From the NCBI GenBank assembly GCA_049686315.1, contig JBAVHY010000158.1, positions 2,469-66,468 of the forward strand: a stretch of DNA of 64,000 bases. Reading direction: 5' to 3'. This document shows positions 56,188 to 64,000 of the stretch, one piece after another. The translations under genes and the position numbers were made by a program. Each line of letters begins with the position of its first letter. Within the stretch, counting starts at the first letter, position 1. This stretch comes from Candidatus Acidiferrum sp. (lineage in GTDB: Bacteria > Acidobacteriota > Terriglobia > Acidiferrales > UBA7541). The notes below the pieces were generated by a model, which saw nothing but the letters and a program-made list of their open reading frames with translations, did no database searches and was not told the origin of the DNA.

Positions 56188-57509
56188 TGAATTTCTCCGA
56201 GGATAAACAAATGCCACTTGCAAAAGAACCGAGCCGCCGCGGATTCATGAAAATGCTGGCGGCCTCGCCATTGTTAGCTCAGATTGCCGCTCAAGGGCTT
56301 TATGTAAAGTCCGCTGCGGCGATCGGTCTAAACCCGAATAGCAATGTTTATAGCCGGCTCGGGGTCAAGACCGTGATCAATTGCCGCGGAACTTGGACGT
56401 ACCTCAGCGGCTCCCTGCAATTTCCAGAGGCCCGCGAGGCTCAAGCTGAAGCCGGGCGTTATTTTGTGAACATGGTCGAGCTACACCGCGCTGTCGGGCG
56501 TCGATTAGCCGAACTGACGGGAGCGGAATCCGGAATCATCACTTCCGGCGCCGCGGGAGCGATGGCCGCTGCAACGGCAGCTTGCATCGCTGGAAGCGAT
56601 CCGCAGAAAATTTGGCAACTGCCTGATACCACCGGGCTGAAACACGAAGTGATTATGGTTGGCGGCCGTAGCGCTTTCGACAGTGCCATCCGCCTGACCG
56701 GCGCAAAGCTGGTTCTCGTCGATAAACCAGACGATATTGCCAATGCGATTACCGCGAACACCGCCATGATTTACACCACGGATCTAAAAGAAAAGCTCGA
56801 ACGCGAAGCCGCTCTTGCAAAGCAGTTCAACGTGCCGCTGTTACTGGACGACGCCGCCGGTATTCCGCCGATCGACAACATCAAGTTATACGCAAAGATG
56901 AAGCTCGACTTATACACCTTTTCCGGCGGCAAGGGTCTGCGAGGCCCTCAATGCAGCGGTGTGCTCTTGGGCCGAAAGGATCTGATCGAAGCCGCCCTGC
57001 GAAATTCTTGCCCTTACGAGGGCGCCGTCTGCCGGCCCATGAAGGTTGGAAAAGAAGAGGTAATTGGCTGCCTGACCGCGATCGAAACTTGGCTGAATAC
57101 GGATTCGAAGATACTCTACGACGAATGGAACGCGCGCATCGATCGGATCAAGAAACTTGTGGAGACCGTGCCGGGAGTGCAGACGGAAATCTACATCCCG
57201 GACGATGGCAATCGCTATCCCACCTTGCGCGTATCATGGGACCAGCAGGCGTGGGGCTTCGGCATCACGGATTGCGTCCAGAAACTCCGCGAAGGTGATC
57301 CCGTCATCGAAGTGCTCGGCGTGGATAATCCTAGTCTGGTGCCCGCAGTGCATGAAGGGATAGAGAAACCAAAACCAACCGCAAAGGAAATCAAGAAACA
57401 GAATCATATTGAACTGGTCTCCATGACCATTCAGCCCGGCGAAGAAGTGATTGTGGGCCAGCGGCTGCGTTCGATTCTCAGTTCAGCTCGCAAAGGCAAT
57501 GCGGGATGA
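56187..57509 (+). CDS. SelA-like (DgaE / L-seryl-tRNA selenium transferase-like) PLP-dependent enzyme, Tat-targeted
   Basis: Tat motif SRRGFMKMLAASPLLAQ. The fold-type-I PLP body carries the SelA-family lysine block YTFSGGKGLRGPQCSGVLLG (K249). Confidence 0.8.
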   Translation: MNFSEDKQMPLAKEPSRRGFMKMLAASPLLAQIAAQGLYVKSAAAIGLNPNSNVYSRLGVKTVINCRGTWTYLSGSLQFPEAREAQAEAGRYFVNMVELHRAVGRRLAELTGAESGIITSGAAGAMAAATAACIAGSDPQKIWQLPDTTGLKHEVIMVGGRSAFDSAIRLTGAKLVLVDKPDDIANAITANTAMIYTTDLKEKLEREAALAKQFNVPLLLDDAAGIPPIDNIKLYAKMKLDLYTFSGGKGLRGPQCSGVLLGRKDLIEAALRNSCPYEGAVCRPMKVGKEEVIGCLTAIETWLNTDSKILYDEWNARIDRIKKLVETVPGVQTEIYIPDDGNRYPTLRVSWDQQAWGFGITDCVQKLREGDPVIEVLGVDNPSLVPAVHEGIEKPKPTAKEIKKQNHIELVSMTIQPGEEVIVGQRLRSILSSARKGNAG

Positions 57510-58750
57510 ACCGACTTCTCTGTTCAGTTGTCTGCATCCTATGCGCGGCGTCCTCTTCACTTGCCCAGCAGCGTCCGGCGATAAGTCCCTCGCCTGACGC
57601 CCTCGGAGCAAACGGCATCGACGCCGGCGACTACGTTTATATTTCCGCTCAAGGCCCGCGCCGCCCGGATGGCACCACCCCAACGGACTTCCCCGATCAG
57701 GTCCGCCAGTCTCTCGATAACGTAAAGAGGGCGGTTGAATCTGCCGGCCTCTCCATGGATCACCTAGTCTACGTCCAAGTCTACCTCGAGAACACAAATC
57801 ATTACCGCGAACTCAACGATGTCTTCGGTAATTACTTTCCCAAGGATCCACCCGCTCGCGGCGTTTTGGGCGTAGCTCGGCTCCCAGAATCCTCGCTGCA
57901 AATTACCGCCGTCGCTCTCCGCGATCTTCACGGCAAGCAAGCCGTCCTCTTGCCCAATCTTCCGCCAAACACGGCCTACTCGCCGGCCATGCTCACTCAC
58001 GACCGCCTTTTTGTTTCCACCATGCCAGGCAGCGAGCCAGCAACCGGAACCGTGCCGCAAGACCCCGCGGCACAAGTCAATCTTGCCCTGGACCGCTTGA
58101 AGTCCGTGCTACAGGCGGCGGGGCTCACATTGGCCAACATGGTTTTCGTGAATCCCTATCTCGACTCGGAAGTCCCCACGCGCATCATGAATGAGCAATA
58201 TGCGCGGCGCTTCGAATTTGGAAACACTCCCGCGCGGGCCACCATCGAAGTATCCAGTCTGCCCGAAGGTGCGCACATTGCCTTTACTGGGGTGGCCGTC
58301 CGCGATCTCACCAAACGGAAAGCCGTTCGCCCGAAAAATATGCCGCCAAGCCCCACGGCTAGCCCCTGCGTTTTTGCGGGAGACACTTTGTATTGTTCCG
58401 CGAAAAGCGGATTCATTCCTGGGCCTAACGGAGGCATTTACACCGCTTCAGTGGCGGACCAAACCCGGCAGACGATGCGGAACCTTCTCGATAACCTAGA
58501 AGAAGCGGACATGAACTTCGATCAGGTGGTTTCGACCACGATTTACATGGACGATCTAAAGGATGTTGACGTGTTTCGCAATGTCTACAAAAGATATTTC
58601 AGAGCAACGCTGCCTGCACAAACCGCGGTTCAGCAGCTCCTGCCCGCTGAACGAAAGCCCGACGACGAAGAGCACTACCCCACTTTGGAGCAAGTGTCAC
58701 TCATAGCCGTGCGTGGACGAGACAAGTCAACACTGCGTCCTTTGCCGTAA
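57506..58750 (+). CDS. secreted protein made of three tandem RidA/YjgF/TdcF-like domains
   Basis: Signal peptide (SVVCILCAASSSLAQ). The three repeats of about 115 aa each carry the D..V...VY/IY and P(A)R...V..LP-type blocks: PPARGVLGVARLP, TPARATIEVSSLP and LPAQTAVQQLLP. ATGA overlap with the upstream gene. Confidence 0.85.
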   Translation: MNRLLCSVVCILCAASSSLAQQRPAISPSPDALGANGIDAGDYVYISAQGPRRPDGTTPTDFPDQVRQSLDNVKRAVESAGLSMDHLVYVQVYLENTNHYRELNDVFGNYFPKDPPARGVLGVARLPESSLQITAVALRDLHGKQAVLLPNLPPNTAYSPAMLTHDRLFVSTMPGSEPATGTVPQDPAAQVNLALDRLKSVLQAAGLTLANMVFVNPYLDSEVPTRIMNEQYARRFEFGNTPARATIEVSSLPEGAHIAFTGVAVRDLTKRKAVRPKNMPPSPTASPCVFAGDTLYCSAKSGFIPGPNGGIYTASVADQTRQTMRNLLDNLEEADMNFDQVVSTTIYMDDLKDVDVFRNVYKRYFRATLPAQTAVQQLLPAERKPDDEEHYPTLEQVSLIAVRGRDKSTLRPLP

Positions 58751-59013
58751 ATTCAGAGCGATAAATATACAAGCGGCCTATACGACTGAACTTTGCTCAA
58801 GACTCAATCGGAATTCTCAGGCATGGGCACGAATGCCCTCACCGCAAGGATGCGGACCCGTCTGTGCCAGATGAATGCACACGACACAACCAAGTTACAG
58901 CCAGGCTCGGCCGTAGAAGGATTATGAAAACGCACAAGTCTCGGGTGCGGCGAACGGTTTCTGAGCTTGGACCGCTGCGACTGTGTTCCTTGCCGCGTTC
59001 GTCACAGCACTCG

Positions 59014-60096
59014 TCAATACCGTTTGATAATAAAAACTGTCTTATCGTCAATACGATCTTGCTCACCAATCTGTCGCAGGCCGCCGTCTCGTTTGAGAGC
59101 GTATTCGAGCAATGCATTGCACATTTCTTTTGCCGGCTGCAGGTAGTGCTCGCGCATGACGCTTTCAAGTTGCCGCCGTTCTTCCTTGTCGTTACCGTCA
59201 TAAACCCCGTCGGTATAAAGGAAGAGGATGTCCCCCGGACTCATCAGCGTTAGCTCTGCCACGTTCGAGGAGTTTGCTTTCCTCTGCCTGAATTCCAAGG
59301 ACAGGTACCTGTTACGATCCGGATGATCTTCGGCGAGCTGGAGGCCGAGCGGTAGAAATTGCACCATTCGGCTTTTATCAATCTCCATGAACCTGCGGTA
59401 TTCAGCGGAGAAGACCAGCGGGGGTGGATGTCCAAAATTCACGAATCGAAAATAGCCATAAGGATGTACTTCAGCGTAAAGCATGGTTGCAATCTCCTGG
59501 TCGCTCTCGTTCCCGCTCCTGCCGAGGGCATTGCGAGCGGTGACCGACTGTGCCAATCGCAAGTTGATCCTATCGAACAAATCCGGAGTCGTTTTCCCGC
59601 GGTGATCGAGTTCGGAAAGCATCAGGGCATGAAACGTGTCGTGAACCGTGGATGCGATTTTCGCTGAAATGATTCCGTGCCCTTCAGCGTCCACCACCAG
59701 GACACCCGCTGTGCTATAAAGCTCATGCAGATCTTCGGCCACCCGCACCTGCTCCGAACTTCGCGCCCGTCTATATTCGCCTTCCATTTCAGGTTTATAG
59801 CCTGGTCTGGATTTCAGCCATTCCACATGGTCGTCCACCGAATTGCGTGGCGGCGCACCTGCCGGAAGCGGCTCGAGGTACTCCTTCGATCGCTTCAAAG
59901 CCCGCTGAATGCGTGCATCGATGTCGTAACGTTGCTGAAAGTTTATGTATTCAAAGAGGTCGCCGCCGACCGTTCCGGCGGGAATGGAATTGCCATACAT
60001 CTCGATTCCCTGCACATGAGGAATCGCCCCTTCCACGGGCATCAGCCGCTTACGCAGATACTCATCGATACTTGGAGGGTTGTAAGTTCCTGCCAT
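59014..60096 (-). CDS. PP2C-family (SpoIIE/RsbU-like) serine phosphatase
   Basis: Family motifs GGDLFEY, VLVVDAEGHGIISA and GDILFLYTDGVYD, with a terminal DDKTVFIIKR. Confidence 0.85.
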   Translation of the reverse strand: MAGTYNPPSIDEYLRKRLMPVEGAIPHVQGIEMYGNSIPAGTVGGDLFEYINFQQRYDIDARIQRALKRSKEYLEPLPAGAPPRNSVDDHVEWLKSRPGYKPEMEGEYRRARSSEQVRVAEDLHELYSTAGVLVVDAEGHGIISAKIASTVHDTFHALMLSELDHRGKTTPDLFDRINLRLAQSVTARNALGRSGNESDQEIATMLYAEVHPYGYFRFVNFGHPPPLVFSAEYRRFMEIDKSRMVQFLPLGLQLAEDHPDRNRYLSLEFRQRKANSSNVAELTLMSPGDILFLYTDGVYDGNDKEERRQLESVMREHYLQPAKEMCNALLEYALKRDGGLRQIGEQDRIDDKTVFIIKRY

Positions 60097-60282
60097 AGGG
60101 CAACTCCAGGATGGGGTGAACTCGCTCCTTTGATGTTTGTCGAAGACTGAAGGATGCGCCAGTCCGTCGTAAAGCGTCTACTGTTTTTTGGTATCTCTTC
60201 GGGTGACGGCGCAGCAGGTCAACAGCAAGAATACAATGCACGGGGGCTGAGAATTCCTCGTCCGACGCTCATCCGCTGGCCG

Positions 60283-61710
60283 TTAATTTGCCTTGTTGCC
60301 ACTTGCTGCCTCCTGCTGCCAGCCTCCGCCGAGGGCCCTGTAAAGTTGCACGAGACTCTGGTATTCCGTGCCGCGTGCTCCCGCGAGTGTGAGTTCAGCG
60401 GCAAAGAGCGACCGTTGGCCATCCAAGACTTCGAGATAAGTGGTGGTGCCGCCCTTGTAGCGCATATTGGAAAGGCGGACGGACTCCTGCAAGTCCGCAA
60501 CGCTGTCTTCCTGGCGAATGCGGACCTGATGGAATTTCTCGTAGGCGATCAGGGCATCGGATACGTCGCCGAACGCGCGCTGAATCGTTTGCCGGTATGC
60601 GATTAGAGCCTGTTGGTTCTGCGACTCGGCTAGCTTCAGATTCCCGCGAAGAGCTCCGCCTGTGAAAATCGGTTGGTTCACTTGGGCGCCGTAAGACCAG
60701 ATTCCGAGTTGCGAACTCATTAAGCCGGAGAAGGCGCTGCTGCGTCCGAAGGCGCCTCCACCGGAGCCTGTCAGAGAGATTTGCGGAAAGAACTGAGCCT
60801 TGGCGACTCCGATTTCGGCGTTTGAGACGACCAAGATTTGTTCGGCCTCGCGAATATCGGGCCGGCGCTCGATGAGCGAGGAAGGCAGGCCTGGCGGCAC
60901 TTCGGGGGGAAGCGGTTGCTCGACAAGCGGGCGCCCGCGCGGGATGGCCTGAGGATAGTTGCCAAGAAGAATGCTGATGGCATTTTCCTCCTGTGCGATC
61001 TGCCGCTCCAAGTCAGGAATGGTGGCATTCGCCGAATCGAGAACTTGTTGAGACTGCAAAACATCAAGCTTGTTGGCCACGCCGTGCTCGACGCGCAGAT
61101 TGGTGAGCTTCACGGAGTCTTCCTGGGTCTTGACGGTTTCGTGAGTGATTTGCAGTTGAAGGTCAAGTTGCAGGAGCGCGAAATAGTCACTCGCCACGTC
61201 GCTCACGAGGGTTAAGAGGACCGTCTGCCGGGCATCCTCTGTTGCAAGAAGTTGCGCGCGGGACGCCTCAGTGGCGCGGCGTAGCTTACCGAAGAAGTCC
61301 AACTGGAAGGCTGCGTCGGCGGTCAGCAAGAAGAAGTTGTAATTTGTTTGAAAGTTGGACTCTTTTCCGCCAGCGAAATTGCCGTTCCCCTTGACCTGCG
61401 GGAATAGATTGGAACGTGTAATGGCAACCTGAGCGCGAGCTGCGTTGATGCGCTCCGTCGCCAGTTGCAGGTCGTAGTTTTGCTTCAGCGCTGTGCGGAT
61501 GAGTTCCTGCAGTTGCGGGTCCTGAAAGACCTGCCACCAAGGAAGATCAGCATAGGACGCAGCCTGAGCCTGGAGTTGTGGGTTTTCGCTGAGATCACGA
61601 TAAGCGGTTGGAGGTTGCACGACAGGCCGATGGTAGTTCGGACCGACGCTGCATCCAGCGACTAAACCCAAAGTCATCATGGAGAATAGGAGGGGCGTTA
61701 GTTTTTTCAT
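60283..61710 (-). CDS. RND efflux outer membrane lipoprotein, NodT family
   Basis: The start at 61710 gives MKKLTPLLFSMMTLGLVAGC (lipobox). It has the GPNYHRP motif and two OEP repeats. The longer ORF to 61947 overlaps the RND gene. Confidence 0.85.
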   Translation of the reverse strand: MKKLTPLLFSMMTLGLVAGCSVGPNYHRPVVQPPTAYRDLSENPQLQAQAASYADLPWWQVFQDPQLQELIRTALKQNYDLQLATERINAARAQVAITRSNLFPQVKGNGNFAGGKESNFQTNYNFFLLTADAAFQLDFFGKLRRATEASRAQLLATEDARQTVLLTLVSDVASDYFALLQLDLQLQITHETVKTQEDSVKLTNLRVEHGVANKLDVLQSQQVLDSANATIPDLERQIAQEENAISILLGNYPQAIPRGRPLVEQPLPPEVPPGLPSSLIERRPDIREAEQILVVSNAEIGVAKAQFFPQISLTGSGGGAFGRSSAFSGLMSSQLGIWSYGAQVNQPIFTGGALRGNLKLAESQNQQALIAYRQTIQRAFGDVSDALIAYEKFHQVRIRQEDSVADLQESVRLSNMRYKGGTTTYLEVLDGQRSLFAAELTLAGARGTEYQSLVQLYRALGGGWQQEAASGNKAN

Positions 61711-61759
61711 TAAGTTGCTCCGCCGTTCTTGCTTCGCGCTGTACTCGCGGTTGTCCATC

Positions 61760-64000
61760 TCAGTCCCCGGGCGCGGGAGAGGGCGTTGCCGGAAACGCTG
61801 CCGAAACTTGTTCCTTGCCGGCACCTGACCATTTCTCAACCAGGTAGAAGATCGCCGGCACGAAGAAGATCCCGATGAAACTGGCGGCCAGCATTCCGCC
61901 GATAACCGTGGTGCCCATGATTTGGCGAGCAACCGACCCGGCACCACTCGCCGTCCACAACGGCACGCAACCGAGAATGAAGGCGAATGAGGTCATCAGG
62001 ATCGGCCGAAGGCGAAGCCTGGCTCCTTCGAGCGCAGCGTCCGCCAGAGGCTTTCCGTCCTCGTACTTTGCCTTGGCGAACTCGACGATCAGAATCGCGT
62101 TCTTGGCGGCCAGGCCGATGAGCATGACGAGTCCAATTTGCGAGTAGATATCCGTCTCAATCTGAACCATGTAAGGCGGCAAGAAAACGCCGAGCAGCAC
62201 GCGGCGCAACCAAAGGATAGCAAAGGCTCCGAAAACCGCCACAGGCGTACTTAAGAGAACACTGAACGGCAGCGTCCAGCTTTCGTAAAGCGCTGCCAGA
62301 ATCAGGAAAACAAAGAGCAGAGAAAGGCCAAAGATGGCTGGGGCAGGCACGCCTTCCCGCGCTTTCTGTTCTTGAAACGATATACCCGAATAGTCAAAAC
62401 CCATCTCTCGCGGCATGGTCTGCTTAAAAACATCCTCAAGGGCGGCGGTGGCCTGGTCCGCGCTGTAGCCCGGCGCGGCGCTTCCGTTGATCTGGGCGGA
62501 GCGATATTCGTTGAAGCGTAATGTAAATTCCGGGCCGAGGCGCGGCTTTACCGTGGTAAGCGTGGAAAGGGGGACATTCTCTCCCTTATTGTTGCGGACA
62601 TAGAACTGGCCGACGTTTTCCGCCTTGGCGCGGTCTTCGCCTTCCGCTTCGATATAGACCTGCCACTGGCGGCCAAAGCGATTGAAATAGTTGATGAAAT
62701 AGCCGCCCATGAAGGCCTGAATCGTGCGGTAGACATCGTTGAGGGCCACGCCTTGTTTCAGCACTTTGTCACGATCGACTTGGACAAACTCTTGCGGGAC
62801 GCTGGCCAAAAAAGTGGTGCTGAGGCTGGCGATTTCCGGCCGCTTTCTGGCAGCTTCAAGAAAAGTGCTCAAGTTTGTGGCGAGGAATTGAATATCGCCA
62901 CCCGAACGGTCCTCGAGGATGAAGGTAAACCCGCCCGCAGTGCCTACACCTGGAATGGCGGGCGGGGAAAAACCGAAGGCAACTGCGGTGGGCAACCTGC
63001 TCAACTGCTGGTTTAGATGTGCCTTGAGGAATTGAAATTGCTCGGCTCGTGTCTTGCGCACTGCCCAGGGCTTGAGGGTTACAAAAAAGGTTGAGTTGTA
63101 ACTGGTGCGAACAAAACTGAGCAAGCTGAATCCGACAAAACAGGTAACGTGTTGGACCCCCGGGGTATTCAACAGGATTTTTTCCACATCCGCGGTGACG
63201 GCCGTCGTGCGTTCCAGGGAAGCCCCATTTGGCAATTGCACATTCACGTAGGCATACCCTTGATCTTCGTCTGGAAGGAAACTTGAGGGGATCCGGTTGG
63301 CAAAAAAGCCACCCGCCACGCAAAATACCGCAAGCATCACGACCACGACGAGGGTCTTTCGGACCAACACTGCGCTCCAAAGCACGTACCCTTCCGTGGC
63401 ACTCTCAAAGACGCGGTTGAACCAATCGAAAAATCGCCGCAGCAATCCTCGACTCGGTGTTTTCGGCTTGAGCAGCAGTGCCGCAAGCGCGGGACTGAGG
63501 GTAAGAGCGTTGAAGGCAGAAAGCAGAACGGAAATCGCGATGGTGACGGCGAATTGCTGGTAGAGCTTGCCGGTGATTCCAGGAATGAAGGCTGTTGGCA
63601 CAAATACAGCGGAGAGAACCAGAGCGATGCCAACAACGGGGCCAGAAAGTTCTTCCATTGCTTTCAACGCCGCGGCCTTAGGAGTCAACCCTTCCTCGAT
63701 GTGGCGTTCCACCCCTTCGACCACCACGATGGCGTCGTCGACCACAAGACCGATCGCCAGTACCAGACCGAAGAGAGAAAGGGTGTTGATGGTAAAACCG
63801 AACACGGGAAAGAGTACGAACGTGCCCACAAGCGAGACGGGCACGGCGAGGAGCGGAATCAGCGTGGCGCGCCAGCCCTGCAGGAAGAGGTAGACCACCA
63901 GGATTACGAGCGCGAGAGCGATCAAAAGCGTGACGACGATTTCCTTTATCCCTTCCGTGACCGAGCGCGTGGTATCCAACGCGACAACGTAATCCAGGTC
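61760..64000 (-). CDS. multidrug-type RND efflux permease (AcrB/HAE1-like), N-terminus beyond the window
   Basis: The ORF is open to the window edge. The family blocks are characteristic ([52 protein letters not shown]). About 745 C-terminal residues are visible. Confidence 0.9.
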   Translation of the reverse strand, partial: DLDYVVALDTTRSVTEGIKEIVVTLLIALALVILVVYLFLQGWRATLIPLLAVPVSLVGTFVLFPVFGFTINTLSLFGLVLAIGLVVDDAIVVVEGVERHIEEGLTPKAAALKAMEELSGPVVGIALVLSAVFVPTAFIPGITGKLYQQFAVTIAISVLLSAFNALTLSPALAALLLKPKTPSRGLLRRFFDWFNRVFESATEGYVLWSAVLVRKTLVVVVMLAVFCVAGGFFANRIPSSFLPDEDQGYAYVNVQLPNGASLERTTAVTADVEKILLNTPGVQHVTCFVGFSLLSFVRTSYNSTFFVTLKPWAVRKTRAEQFQFLKAHLNQQLSRLPTAVAFGFSPPAIPGVGTAGGFTFILEDRSGGDIQFLATNLSTFLEAARKRPEIASLSTTFLASVPQEFVQVDRDKVLKQGVALNDVYRTIQAFMGGYFINYFNRFGRQWQVYIEAEGEDRAKAENVGQFYVRNNKGENVPLSTLTTVKPRLGPEFTLRFNEYRSAQINGSAAPGYSADQATAALEDVFKQTMPREMGFDYSGISFQEQKAREGVPAPAIFGLSLLFVFLILAALYESWTLPFSVLLSTPVAVFGAFAILWLRRVLLGVFLPPYMVQIETDIYSQIGLVMLIGLAAKNAILIVEFAKAKYEDGKPLADAALEGARLRLRPILMTSFAFILGCVPLWTASGAGSVARQIMGTTVIGGMLAASFIGIFFVPAIFYLVEKWSGAGKEQVSAAFPATPSPAPGD

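Overview
This 64-kb window is gene-dense, high-GC bacterial chromosome. It looks acidobacterial: there are two ~1200-aa CarboxypepD_reg-type TonB-dependent-like outer-membrane proteins, many Tat- or Sec-exported enzymes, and several TPR proteins. There is no rRNA, no CRISPR array and no intact mobile element.

The most interesting locus is a nine-gene minus-strand operon (29284-39336):
- a fused monoheme-cytochrome/beta-barrel protein (Cyc2-like architecture)
- a type-1-copper cupredoxin
- a cytoplasmic NfnB/GltD-like flavo-FeS oxidoreductase, translationally coupled to the next gene
- a Rieske protein, a split cytochrome b (b6-like plus subunit-IV-like), an octaheme cytochrome c and a monoheme lipoprotein cytochrome c
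- a secreted protein of unknown function

Two CRP-type palindromes sit in the promoter region it shares with a divergent IclR regulator gene. I read this as a non-canonical Rieske/cyt b respiratory module that may link extracytoplasmic electron exchange to NAD(P)/ferredoxin chemistry.

Other content:
- an osmC-tolC-MFP-RND-DUF2892 operon, divergent from a single-chain ECF sigma / ZAS anti-sigma fusion
- a second RND/NodT efflux system, cut off by the window end
- a PQQ dehydrogenase with a lanthanide-type D-Y-D motif
- an exported SelA-like PLP enzyme coupled to a secreted triple-RidA single-chain pseudo-trimer
- an exported formamidase and an exported hydrolase behind a TonB-dependent-like receptor
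- a GH38 mannosidase, a cytoplasmic MopB molybdoenzyme and an orphan IorB-type molybdoenzyme

Three scars of past rearrangement are visible: an internally deleted tyrosine recombinase, a 3' half of tRNA-Val, and a GGDEF C-terminal remnant overlapped by the iorB-like stop.

All functional calls come from motifs read by eye in the supplied translations. No database search was run.
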